Of a DNA stretch of 64,000 bases, positions 20,467 to 32,387 are shown in pieces. Source of the stretch: a bacterium (GTDB lineage: Bacteria; Hinthialibacterota; Hinthialibacteria; Hinthialibacterales; Hinthialibacteraceae); the NCBI GenBank assembly GCA_963663405.2, contig CAXXSM010000088.1, positions 34,360 through 98,359 on the forward strand, in the 5' to 3' direction. The notes below the pieces were generated by a model. The model worked only from the letters and a program-made list of their open reading frames with translations. It made no database searches and was not told where the DNA came from. Numbering within the stretch: position 1 is the stretch's first letter; each line of letters opens with the position of its first letter. Both the position numbers and the translations under genes were made by a program.

Positions 20467-20937
20467 AATCAGCCAGTCGTACTCCTTTTTGAGATTTGGT
20501 AACTCAAAAAATAAAATACCCTATACGTGTGATAATAAAGAAAAACTCGAAATCATATGGCGGCTCATGGCAACATAACCGATTACTATAAATGTAACCT
20601 TATTATTCAAGAGGAATTTGAACGATGAGTCAAGAAGTGGATTCATTTATTTTTTGTTAGAACAACGAGTCAATAATCAAGATTGAATAAACCGAAAGCA
20701 CTCAATAATTGTACCAATTAAATTCAATTTTTGAAGTTATAAATCTCATTTTATCTTGATTCCACAAAAATAATATCTCAACTCCATCTTCGATTTTTTT
20801 TTCGTGGGATATCGAGATAAACATAATTTTTTTGAATACGATATTCCATCATCCGCGCTATAGCACTATGATTTAACTATCCGGCTTAAAATATTTGTTG
20901 TTATCCCATCGAAAATAAAGGATCATTTATCATCTTC

Positions 20938-21031
20938 TATGAAAATGAATTTCCGAGACGTTCTCGTTCAAGATTTCTATCGCAATTCATTTTCATTTGC
21001 TGGTTGTGATCTCAATCATGATAGTATATGA
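20938..21031 (-). repeat. Dispersed ~91-bp hairpin repeat, copy C (core 20939..20996, inverted orientation)
   Basis: The reverse complement reads CATGATTGAGATCACAACCAGCAA followed by ATGAAAATGAATTGCGATAGAAATCTT...AATTCATTTTCAT. Confidence 0.8.
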
Positions 21032-21040
21032 GGTAAACAG

Positions 21041-21306
21041 ATGAAATATGAATATGCGAGCGTCCGAATCACGAGTAAAGATAGCTATGAATTACCCATG
21101 TGGAGCAAAACGACCAAGATTCACGTAGTCACACCCGATCGACATTTTTCGGGGATCGCTTGATAACGTCTATAATGAGATGAAAGTAGGGGGGCGAACC
21201 TTGTCTGGTTGGCATATTCAGTTATTTAGGATCACATGGATGGCGATTATGCGAACTCAGCAAAACCGATATCTATTTTTTCGAGCGCTTGATCGAAGAA
21301 AATTGA
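21041..21306 (+). CDS. Small hypothetical protein (DUF4177-like), frameshifted
   Basis: GAGGT RBS and MKYEYASVRI start. A second frame gives LFSYLGSHGWRLCELSKTDIYFFER, which resembles the MxxEY...LGxxGWxL...FxR pattern. Confidence 0.35.
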
Positions 21307-21453
21307 TGGTTATTCGATATTCCGAAGAAGGTGGATGAATTTACATGAATAAACCTGACGATATCTTCCCCCTTTCTCGTAAGGACCGTATACCATCACC
21401 TTTATTCATGAAATACAAAACTCTAAAATATTGAAAAAAGGAATTAGCGGGGG

Positions 21454-21657
21454 ATGAAACCTTCTTCCGTAGTACACTGCCCATCGTGTAATAAAATTCT
21501 AACGCAAGGCAAAGAAACACCCACATTTCCATTTTGCAGCAAACGCTGTAAATTGATTGATCTTGGCCGCTGGCTTTCAGGAGATTACCGCATCCGTGAA
21601 CCGTTCCCGCGTAATGAGGATGATTATTGGGATGAAACCGGCGCTGAACCGGATTGA
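21454..21657 (+). CDS. yacG: DNA gyrase inhibitor YacG
   Basis: CPSC...FPFCSKRCKLIDLGRWLSGDYRI zinc-finger signature. Confidence 0.92.
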   Translation: MKPSSVVHCPSCNKILTQGKETPTFPFCSKRCKLIDLGRWLSGDYRIREPFPRNEDDYWDETGAEPD

Positions 21658-23192
21658 GTGGCTGGCCTGCGGCGCCTCTGGTCCTCTTGCTCGCTCTCTG
21701 TTTCCCCCCCTGGGAATGGGACGTTTCTCGTTTGGTTCGCTTTGGCGCCGATGGTTTTACGCATCCAGCCTGGGCGGCGCCGGTTGAATTTCTGGATTGG
21801 TTTTATCTGGGGAAGGAGTGTACCACCTCGCCTTGCTGCACTGGCTGATTCACGTCTCCATCCCAGGCCTGATCGGTCTGTCTCTGTTGCTATTGGGCTC
21901 CTTTTACGGATTACTCCTCATTTTCATCGGCTGGATACGTGACCGGCCCTATTGGATACCGGTGTCCGCGTTCGCGTGGGGCGTTGGTGGAATATGCGCG
22001 TTCGCTGGGCGTGTCTGTCCTTCTCGTGGGGGTATGCCGGTCATGCGTTTTATCAAATGGGAATCGCTTCTGCAAGGCGCCTATTGGATCGGGAGCGCCT
22101 GGATTGTCATTTCTCGCGGTGGGGATCAATTTCACCCTCAGTGAATGGATCGATGATACGGGTACCACCGCATCCGGAAAATGCCGCAGCCAACGTACCG
22201 TTTGAATATCCCTGTATCTCGCCTCGTACACCGCTTTCTTTCTCGTTTCCGTTCTTGCGGTCCATCATTTATGGATGCGCGTGTCATCGATTTCATGGAA
22301 CGCGAAAAAGAGAACGCGCGGTCTTTCCGGGCCGCGTTGATCCAAGGGAATTTCTCGCAAGACGCGAAAGAGAGCCTGCCGTCTGAATGAAGCGCTGACG
22401 GTGTATCTCGATCTTGTCCGCCGAAGCCATGAAGGAACGGCCGGACTTGATCGTCTGGCCCGGAGAGCGCCATTACCGCCTCGTTGAATTTCTGGCCATC
22501 CCTAGTGGAGAGGATCGTTGCGTTCGTGGAAATCCACCAGGTGGATCTGCTTGGCCGGCGCCGTCTACGGGGAATACCGTGGCGAGGGAGAAATGGCGAT
22601 TATTACAATCGCGCTTTTCTTCTTCTCTCCCGGACAAGCGAAATCAATCTGACGGGGGATACGGTCGATCTTTCACAAGGTTCCTTTCGTACGACAAGAT
22701 GCACCTGGTTCCCTATGGGGAATGGATCCCCTTGGAGATCGTACTGGCCTTTTTACTACATCGAAACCTTAATCGAGGAAGCGGGGGCGGGCATATTCCA
22801 ACCGGGCGTGAGATCCCACCATCTTCGAAACGAACCACGGCGCCCGGTTCGCCGCCGCGACGTGCTTCGAATCGACGCTCGCCGCTCAATGGAGCGCCAA
22901 ACAAAAATTGGGCGCTGATTTTTTTATTAATATCACCAACGACGCCTGGTTTAAACGGTCGGCGGGATTGAAGCAGCATTTTCTCCACTGCGTCTTTCGA
23001 GCGGCGGAAAACCGGCGCTGGGTTCTTCGCGTAAGGCAACACGGGACTCACCGGCGTCATCAATCCCACAGGGACGAATCATGGGCGTCCTGCCCGATAA
23101 TGAAAGGACGTATGGGATCTACGAATCTGCGTCTCTGCAAAATAAGGGGCGCGCGGGTATCTTGCCCGTGAACATGGGAATTGAAGGAATGA
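21632..23192 (+). CDS. lnt: Apolipoprotein N-acyltransferase, broken by many frameshifts; ends approximate
   Basis: Motifs appear in order across frames: LLALCFPP, ALIQGN, DLIVWP, YYNRAF, YDKMHLVPYGEWIP, ADFFINITNDAWF and FRAAENRRWVLR. Confidence 0.85.
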
Positions 23193-23199
23193 ATCTACT

Positions 23200-24723
23200 A
23201 TGAGTAACGCGAATGGTTGGAATACGTTACTGGGCCGCGGGGCTGTGTCTCTGCCTATCACTGTTTCGCACTAATAACAAACGCGGGGGAACCGGCGATG
23301 GGACCGTTGATCGGTTCATCCCGAAAATCCCCGTTATTTCTCCGATCCTTCAGGCAAGGTTAGTCTATTTAACCGGTTCCCATACGTGGGCCTGCATCCA
23401 GGGAACGGGGGCATCGAAGGCGTGACGCCGGATTTTGAGTATCCCAGCGTTTTTGGATTTCTTTACCCAGAGCGCAATCATAATTTCATACGGATGTGGA
23501 CGTGGGAGCATGCCGCGTGGATGCAATTTCGTGACGCGGATACGCGAATTCGCTATACAAGCCAATCCCATCTATGCGCGGACCGGGCCGGGAACGGCGA
23601 TTGACGGCGGCCCGCGATTATGATCTCACCCAATTCAATCCCGATTTCTTTACCCGGCTTCGCGAACGCATATCCGCCGCGCGGGAAAAAGGATTGTACG
23701 CCAGCGTCATGCTCTTTCAGGGATTCAGCATGTCGAACAAAAAGGAACGGCCGGCGTGGATCCCAAAAAAGGAAATCCTTGGGACGGCCATCCATACAAT
23801 AGAAAAGAACAATGTCAACCGCGTATCAATGGCGATCGAAACGGCAATGGGGAAGGCGAAGAGATACACACAATGTCCCATCCCGCGATTGACGAAACTG
23901 CAGGAACAATATGTCAAAAAGATGATTGACACGTTGAATGATTTTGATAACATTCATTTGGGAAATCAGCAATGAAAGTCATGGGACAGTCGACGGAATG
24001 GCAGTATCATTTTATCCGCTTCATCAAAGACTATGAAAAGACCAAACCATTTCAACACCCCGTTTGGATGACCTTTCAATATTCTAAATATACACCGGGA
24101 ACCAACGCCGATCTATTCAACAGTCCGGCGGGAGGCGGTCTCGCCCAATGACGCAGGTGGTTATACATGGATGATCCACCCGCCGCGGACGGTTCGAAAG
24201 TCGTGATTCTCGACACCGATCATATCGATCCGCCGGATCAAGACAGATCAAACCAACGTGGATTTGGAAAGCCTTCACGCGGGGATTGAATCCGATTTTA
24301 ATGGACTATCTATCAAGACGTTCGAAACTTTGGCTCCCCCAGCGAACCCCTCGCTGAGTTTGAGGCTTTCCGCCAAAGCGATGGGGCAGACGCGCTCGTT
24401 CGCCGAAGGCGATCGATTTGGCGAAAATGACGCCTCAAAACGAGCTTGTGTTCCACTGGCTACTGCCTGGCGAATCCCGAAGAAGAATATCTGGCGTATC
24501 CAGCCGGCTTCGGAAAAATTGTTTTGGGTGGATTTACCCGCAGGGTTCGTACCGCGTGGATTTATACAGCCCTGAAAAAGGCGCGATTCAAACCTCCATT
24601 GGTCTGCAGAGCGCGGAACGCAAGAAAGCAGCTCATCCCGATATTCTTTCTACGGCGCCGTCGTGGCCCATATCAAAAAAACCGATCCATCGTATGGGAT
24701 CAATCACAACCAGGCGGATTTAA
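23200..24723 (+). CDS. DUF6298-like secreted glycoside-hydrolase-fold protein, many frameshifts; ends approximate
   Basis: Motifs across frames: VYLTGSHTW, HNFIRMWTWEH, YARTGPGTAIDG, YDLTQFNPDFFTRLR, YVKKMIDTLNDFDN, WQYHFI and KVVILDTDH. Confidence 0.6.
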
Positions 24724-24838
24724 AAATCAGGAAATCCAGGGTAGACAATACGGATTGTTGACTATGAGATAAATCGCCTGTGTAAGATTGGCTTCTCATT
24801 TCCAGATCAAAACAACTATTGTATAGCGGGGAGGGAAA

Positions 24839-25422
24839 ATGAACATGTATGTGGAAAAGGATTTACATCTGATCGAGCTGTTGATCGTCGTGGCGATTAT
24901 TGGGATATTAGCATCGATTGCAGTACCGAATTTTCTCAATGCGCAGGCGCGCGCGAAAGTGACACGCACCGTCGCGGATCTGAAAGCGCTGCATTCGGGA
25001 ATGGAGATGTACCGCCTAGACAATAACGTTTTTCCACCCGATTATCGACAGTGGGAACGCGTGCCCGGCGTAACGATTCGAGATAACGAAATTCTTACCT
25101 ACGTTCGCTTAACCACGCCGGTTTCGCATATATGAGTTCGATTCCTCTCGATCCGTATTTTCTGGGCTCGGTGGGACGAATGGAGCACGTGAAAGAGATG
25201 CCCCTATTTCAATACGCCGGGCCGCCAGGTTCACTGGCAGAGACCGCGCTGGCGTAGCAACAAATACGCATTATACGATCACCAGTTTAGGGCCGGATAA
25301 AATCGATCAACAAATATGGGCGGTGGCGCTATCCCGACGCAGATTCACTACTTTATCAAATGTCGAACGGACTCACTTCGCTGGGAGATCTTTATCTTTC
25401 GAACCAAGGTTTGAAGTTTTAA
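24839..25422 (+). CDS. Prepilin-type cleavage/methylation domain protein (pseudopilin paralogue 2), frameshifted
   Basis: (KGFT)LIELLIVVAIIGILASIAVPNFLNAQARAK, LTTPV, SLGPD and C-terminal SNGLTSLGDLY. Confidence 0.8.
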
Positions 25423-25554
25423 ACTATAGTAACCGCCGTATATATTTGGAGAAAGAACAGAAAATTCGTCATAAACTGATATGTCATAATCTACAGTAAG
25501 GAGATCTTTGAGTAATGCGGAAACCACTACTGATTCAACATTATTAAATCCTCG

Positions 25555-27038
25555 TTGGCGAAAGATAGTTATGTAGAATTCATTCCATTCTTTCTTTGTC
25601 TTGCGGCTCATGGGCGCCGTGGCGCAGGAGAGCGCGGTTTTGCACAATCCCCCTCTTCCCTGCCCTTCCAGATCAACGGTGTCTTTCCAGAGATGACCAC
25701 CATCGCCGGTCAGCCGAGAATATGTCCGAAGCCGGCTTTCGGCGCCCTGCTACCCTGGGCGGACCGGTTATGGGCCGTTTCCTACGTTTCTCACATTCGC
25801 GGCTCCGGCACGGGCTTGTACGAAAATCGATGAGAACCATGCGGATGCGGCAGAACGTCCGGAGGAGTGTCGTAGGGACATACGCCAACCGGATGATTCA
25901 CTATCCCTCCTCTCAGGGGATCATTGGTCCGCATATCATTGACGCGGATGGGAACGTGCGAACGATCGAGGCCATTCAGGGGTATCGTCTTGACGGCGAC
26001 AATCTGATCATCTCACCGATCCGGAAAACAAAGTCTATTTTCTCTCGATGGAAGGCCCCCCTTCTTTGAAGTGGACGTACATAGCTCTGGAAGCGAAGCG
26101 GCTCTTGCAATCTGGCCGAAGTATTGAGATCTGCCTGAAAGGAATGAATCCACATTTCAAAGGCGCGTATACCGCCAATGGCCGCGTAGTGGTTGCGAAC
26201 AACAGCTACCACGAACAAGAACACCTAGGCGCTCGCGACGCAGGGAGGACGGCTGGCGGAATGGGATGGGAAGGAATGGACGATCCTGGAGCGGAAACCA
26301 TTTCGTGGAGGTTTACGGGAAAGGCCCTCGTGGAGAACGAGTATGGGAATCCAATCTTCGCGCTGGGTTGGGACAAGGCTTCGGTGATCTTGAAATTATT
26401 CGCGGATGGGCCGAATGGAAGACCTACCGGCTTCCCAAAGGCAGTCATTCATTCGACCACGCCTGGAAACACGGAATGGTTCCGGATTCGAGAAGCGCAG
26501 ACTGAACGCTTCCTGATGGACGCGCATGGGATTTATTATGAACTGCCCGCGCAAGTCTATGAGGATAAAACCTGGGGGATCATCCCCATTTCCAACCATC
26601 TCCGGATCACGCCCGATTTCTGCCATTGGCGTGGATTGTTTGTCATGGCCTGCAACCAAACCGATCTCGCAGTGGGCCAGCCACAATCCGGCCTCTGGTT
26701 TGGGAATGTGGAAGATCTATGGCAATTTGGGAAAACCTAAAGGATGGGGAGGCCCCTGGTGGGAAGAAACCGTCCAAGCGGGAACCGTATCGGATCCATT
26801 CCTGATGACAGGTTTCGACAAAAAATGCGTTCATCTCAGCCACGACTCGTCTCAAGAAGTGAAATTTACAATCGAAGTCGATTTCCTGGGTAATGGAACA
26901 TGGAAAACGTACAAGGAAATCACCGTGCCTCCAAAAGGATACACTCACCACGAATTCCCCACCAGTTTCAGCGCCCATTGGGTTCGCGTGACTGTCGATA
27001 CGGGTTGTAAAGTGTCTGTTTACTTTGTTTATACTTGA
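25555..27038 (+). CDS. Conserved hypothetical exported protein, several frameshifts
   Basis: Four overlapping plus-strand ORFs form one protein-like reading: GALLPWADRLW, GTYANRMIH, HFKGAYT, ITPDFCHWRG, GWGGPW, SDPFLMTGFDKK and FSAHWVRV. Confidence 0.55.
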
Positions 27039-27062
27039 TATAAGAAATTAATAACTATCTTT

Positions 27063-28478
27063 TCACCTTACCTCACTTTCAGCGGAAAAATTTCTGATTC
27101 CGTCCGAGCTATTTGCAGATAGGATCTCGATTGTTTTTATAATATCTGGATGGCTATCCGCGACGTTATGCTCTTCCCCAATATCTTCCTTTAGATTATA
27201 TAGCTCCAGCGGTTTCCCAAGCGCGGTGCGGACGGCTTTCCAATCGCCCATACGCACGGCTTGCTTGATGCCGCCGCTTCCGGCGACATGAAATTCCCAA
27301 TAGAGGAACTCATGTTTCTTCTGCGCGTCATCCCGGCCCAGCAGTGTCGGCGCCATGGAAATCGCCATCAATCCCACTGGGGGAATCAATACCGGCCAAT
27401 TCCGCGCAAGTCGGAAGGATATCCCAAAACGCGGGAGATGTGATCGTTTTCGCTTCCTGGTTTGATCTTGCTGGGCCAACGCGCGATCATCGGGGCGCGA
27501 ATCCCGCCTTCATACAAGTCCCGTTTGATTCCCCGAAGCGGGCCAATTGCTATCGAAATAACTTGGATCGTTCCCACCTTCAATGATGCGGACCATTGTC
27601 GCTTGTAAACATGACTATTGTGTTTTCGTCGATTTCCAATAATTTCAGGAGTTCGATGATTTGACCGACATCGCGATCGAGTCTTGATATCATTCCCGCC
27701 AGCGCGGCGCGCGGTGTCTTCTGCGGACCGTAATTGCCCTGGCCTTCAAACGGCTTTTCTTCGAACTGGCCTTCATAGGGCCGCATCGAGTCTTCGGGAC
27801 AACTAATTCCGCGTGAGGGATGGTATAGGGCAGATAGAGGAAAAATGGATTGTTCTTATTCTTTTTAATGAAATTGAGCGCTTCTTGCGTGAGTAAATCG
27901 TGCGAGTATTCTTTCCTGTCAAGCACGATTTTCTCTTCATTCCGCCAAAGATGCGTTGGATAATAGCGATGCGCCTGTCGTTGGCAGAGATATCCAAACC
28001 AATGATCGAATCCCTGCCGGTTGGGAACACCGGTCGAGAATGGGCCGCCCAGCCCCCATTTACCGATACAACCTGTTTTATACCCCGCTTTCTTGAGAAG
28101 TTTAGCGACCGTGAGGGTATCTGCTGGAATCGGGTGTTGGCCTTCCGGTTGAATTTCGCGATTGCCCCGGATGTAGGTATGGCCCGTATGCAGGCCAGTC
28201 ATCAAACTGCAGCGGGATGGGGCGCAGACCGTGCTGCCGAATAATGTTGTGTGAAACGCATCCCTTCCGCCGCCATAGCGTCGAGACAGGGGGTTTTAAT
28301 TTTCTTCTGTCCATAACAGCCGAGATCGCCATATCCCAAATCATCGGCCATAATGAAAAGTAATATTCGGTTTCTCTTTTTTAGCCGCGTTCGCAATCGT
28401 CTGCCGGCCGGAAGCCAGCGCCGCCGCTGTTAGAGCGGCTGTTTTACAAAAATCACGCCGTTGTATCAATGAATTCAT
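27063..28478 (-). CDS. Tat-exported arylsulfatase, several frameshifts
   Basis: Twin-arginine leader [21 protein letters not shown], sulfatase signature CAPSR.SLMTG, GKWGLG, FTSDNG and LYEGGIRAP. Confidence 0.88.
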
Positions 28479-28885
28479 TTCCTCCTTCTCTCCTTTACAT
28501 TCATTTTATCTTGTTGACATCAACACTTTTAATTACTGTACAAAAAAAACTTACATTGCAATGAATTCAAATATTCATTCCTCATGTTTTCTACAATCGT
28601 TAAGTCATTGATTACACAAGCGCCGGTTTAGATCAATGATGAAAAAGAAGTAGAAGGATTCAATCTCGAGAGTAGGATTGTATTTTATAAAGGGGATATT
28701 GGGGAACCTAAGTCAACCTTTTATCATCTGTCTTCGGGATCATACCCTTGAAGGAATCTTGTATTCTTCTACGCGGACTTTCGTTGATTGAGAAAAGAAA
28801 CTCGTGTTTAATGATATAGTAAAGAAACATCAACTTGAAACAGAAACGCTCGTTTTTTCATTCTAACACAACATGGAGTTTTAAC

Positions 28886-30548
28886 ATGACGGATCGATAT
28901 ACTTTGGGGATTGATTTTGGCACGGAATCAGGCCGCGCATTATTGGTGAACGCCGCTACGGGAGAAGAGGTGGCGTCGTGTGTGTATACCTATTCCAATG
29001 GCGTCATCGATGAACGGCTGCCCGATGGGACGGAATTAGGGCCGGACTGGGCGCTGCAAGATCCTGAGGATTGGATTCAAACACTCAAAATCACGATCCC
29101 CAATGTTCTGCGAATGGCAAACGTCTCCCCTCAATCTGTGATCGGCGTGGGAAGTGGATTTCACATCCTGTACCGTCCTGCCTATTAAAAATGATTTAAG
29201 CCCATTGTGCAAACTGGAGCCGTTCCGCTAACGTCCACACGCCTGGCCCAAACTTTGGAAGCATCACGCCGCCCAACCTGAAGCGGATAAAATCACGCGA
29301 GCGATTCGTGACTGTGGCGATCCAATTCTTGAACGTTACGGTGGAAAGATGTCGTCGGAATGGATCGTGCCCCAAGATCTGGCAAGTCCTTGATGAAGAC
29401 GAGGAGATTTACGACGCCGCCGACCGCTTTATTGAAGGCGGCGATTGGATCGTTGAATGGCTCTGTGGCAAAGAAGCCCGCAGTTCCTGCATGGCGGGAT
29501 ACAAGGGGATGTGGGATAAAGAAGAAGGCTTCCCTTCCCCTGAATTGCTCAAAGCCCTGCATCCAAAACTCGCCAATCTCGTAGAACAAAACTCTCCGCC
29601 GACATCCGCCCGCTTGGAGAGAAAGCGGGTGGACAACGCCGCCAGCCGCCGAAATGACCGGACTCGTTCCAGGAACCGCCGTGGGCGTGGCCATTATCGA
29701 CGCCCCACGCCGCCGTACCGGGTTCGTCCGTGACGCAAGTGGGAAAAATGCTCATGGTGATGGGAACCTCGACCTGTCACATGCTTCTCTCGGATAAAAA
29801 GATGAAAGTGCCCGGTATGTGCGGATGTGTAATGGATGGCATTCTGCCGGTTTTATGGCTACGAAGCGGGTCAGCCCGCGACGGGGATATTATTCGCCTG
29901 GTACGTGGAGAATTGCGCGCCCCCACTCTATCCACGAAGAAGCGAACCGGAGCGGCCGGTCCGTTCATGAAGTGTTAGAAGAACGCGCCGCAAGACTTGC
30001 GCCAGGCCAAAGCGGATTAATCGCGCTCGATTGGTTAATGGGAACCGATCCGTTTTGGTGGACGCGGAACTTTCCGGCTTGTTGCTTGGGATGACTTGAC
30101 AACAAAACCGGAAGAGATTTACCTCGCGCTCATCGAATCGACCGCCTTCGGCACGCGTAAAATTATTGAGGCTTTTGGGGATAATGGCATTCCTATCAAT
30201 GAACCTTTACGCCTGCGGGGGGCTTCCCGAACATAACAAATTGCTGTATGCAGGTCTACGCTGATGTGACCGGATTGGAGATCCGCATCGCCGAATCCCC
30301 GCAGACATGCGCGCTGGGCGCGGCGATTCTCGGCGGCCGTCGCCGCGGGGAAAGAAAACGGTGGCTATGACACTCCTCAAGAAGCCGCGGCCAAGATGGC
30401 CCGTCTGCGGGATGAAATCTATCGCCCCACCGCCGAACGTCATAAAAAATACACAGGACTCTATAACGAATACATCCAACTGCACGACTATTTCGGACAA
30501 GGAGGCAACAATGTGATGAAACGCCTGCGGGAGATCCGGATGCTGTAA
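28886..30548 (+). CDS. araB: L-ribulokinase (FGGY family), many frameshifts
   Basis: [60 protein letters not shown] and C-terminal [16 protein letters not shown]. Confidence 0.88.
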
Positions 30549-30618
30549 TTTAATGTAGAATGTAAGTTTGTATGTAAGTTAATGCAAATGGGAAAAATAT
30601 CATCACAGTCCAACAATC

Positions 30619-32141
30619 ATGAACCAAACAACCAAATCCACCCGGCGGGGATTCCTTAAACACCGGCGGCGTTTTACGATTGGAGCGAATATCGCTTCAG
30701 CGCGCACGTGGGATAAACCGAACCTGCTGTTTTTATGGACCGACGAACAACGCGCCGACACGATGTCCGTGTATGAAATTCCCGCATCCAAGCGCCCAAC
30801 TTGAATATGCTGGCGAGTGAATGCGCAGTCTTTGAAAACGCGTATGTCAGTCAACCCGTCTGCACACCATCCCGTTCAACGGTGTTGACAGGCCTTTGGC
30901 CGCATACCAACACATGCACGCAGAACAATATACCTTTGCCTCAATCCATTCCCTGCCTTCCAGAACTTCTCAACGATCCCGATTACCACTGCGGTTATAT
31001 GGGCAAGTGGCACTTGGGGACGAGATTTTCGCGCAACATGGATTCGATGAGTGGGTGAGCATTGAAGACGGATATCGAAAGTATTATCGGGAGGGGCGTG
31101 ACCAGGACCAAAGAGTGATTACTGGGGTTTCCTGAACGAGTTGGGATACAAGCCCGACACCGATAGTGGTTACTATAGCGTGATTCGCCGCCCGGCGGCC
31201 GATTGAACATTGCAAACCGAAATTTCTTGAACAAAACGCCTGTGATTTTCTCCGGCGTCATCGCAAAGAGCCGTTCGTTTTACATATTAATTTCCTTGAA
31301 CCGCACATGCCGTTTTTCGGCCCGCTCGATGATCTGCACGATCCAAGCGAAGTGACGCTGCCAAAGAATTACTCCGATCCGTTGGAAGAGAATGAACCGC
31401 TGCGATACCGCCTTCTGCGCGAGCGCTACCGGCAGCAGGGATACGATGGACACGACCTGAAAACCGAAGCGGGATGGCGCCGCTTAACCGCCAATTATTG
31501 GGGACTGGTGACGCAAGTGGACCGCAGTGTGGGAGCCATTCTGGAGACACTCGAAACACTCGGTTTGGCGAACAACACCATCGTTGTCTATACCAGCGAT
31601 CATGGAGATATGATGGGTTCTCACAATCTCTTAGCTAAAACCGTCATGTATGAAGAATCCGTGCGCGTTCCCTGGCTCATCCGTTATCCCAAAGAAGATG
31701 CGCTCTCAACGCATTTACAAACAACCCGTCAGTCACATTGATATGGTTCCCACCTTATTAGAACTAATGGGAAAAACCAGCCAATGCCGCGTTGCCTGGC
31801 AAAAGCCTGATTCCTTTCATGGATGAAAGCAAAAAAGAAGCGGACCCAGTATTCATTGAATGGAATCCCGCGAATAATCAGACACCGTATACAATCAAAA
31901 CCGCCTTGATCGATGATGTGCTTCGAGTCAATCAAGCGTCGATCCGCACGGTGATCACACCTGACGGATGGAAACTATGTTTATGCGATCACGATAAAAG
32001 CCAACTTTTCAATCTCAGGATGATCCCGGTGAAACAGCCAATCTCTTTTATTCAAACAAACATAACGATGTCATAAAAAAACTTACAAAGAAAATTCAGA
32101 AATGGCAGGTTAAGACGAACGACTCGGTGGAAGTGATATAA
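30619..32141 (+). CDS. Tat-exported sulfatase, several frameshifts
   Basis: STRRGFLK leader, PNLLFLWTDEQRAD, CTPSRSTVLTG, GKWHLG, YTSDHGDMMG and MYEESVRVP. Confidence 0.88.
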
Positions 32142-32230
32142 CTAATTCCAAGAAAAAAGGCACATCCGATAAATGAATATGTAACGTTTAATATTAATTC
32201 TCTTTTCATGTAAGATTGCGTAATCATGTT

Positions 32231-32290
32231 CACCCAGCCTTTCAAGGCTGGGATGGTAAATCGGATTCACAACCCTTTTCAGAAGGTGAA
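32231..32290. repeat. REP-like GC-rich palindrome (possible bidirectional terminator)
   Basis: Perfect inverted repeat CCCAGCCTT-TC-AAGGCTGGG (32233..32252), followed by a degenerate second palindrome AACCCTTTTCAGAAGGT. Confidence 0.45.
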
Positions 32291-32387
32291 TTAGTTATCA
32301 TTTCCCGAACACAATTTTACAACATACACTGCACATTTTTAAATAATACGTTGCGTATAACTTACTTATTATGATTGGAACCATTCA

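Noticed and set aside
20480-20620. Pho box upstream of the PHP-btaAB operon
   Set aside because: Only weak GTTACAT/TTGCCAT/CCGCCAT similarities, without a clean 11-bp periodicity. Not supportable by eye.
20700-20935. AT-rich minus-strand gene remnant next to repeat copy C
   Set aside because: It needs several frameshifts to read as protein and resembles no family I recognise.
15123-20996. 58-bp hairpins as integron attC sites
   Set aside because: The arms lack the RYYYAAC/GTTRRRY core ends, orientations are mixed, and no integron integrase is present.
21632-32141. Large-scale pseudogenisation island
   Set aside because: The lesions are almost all small indels with motifs preserved and include lnt. 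Sequencing error is more likely, so these genes are listed as frameshifted CDS.
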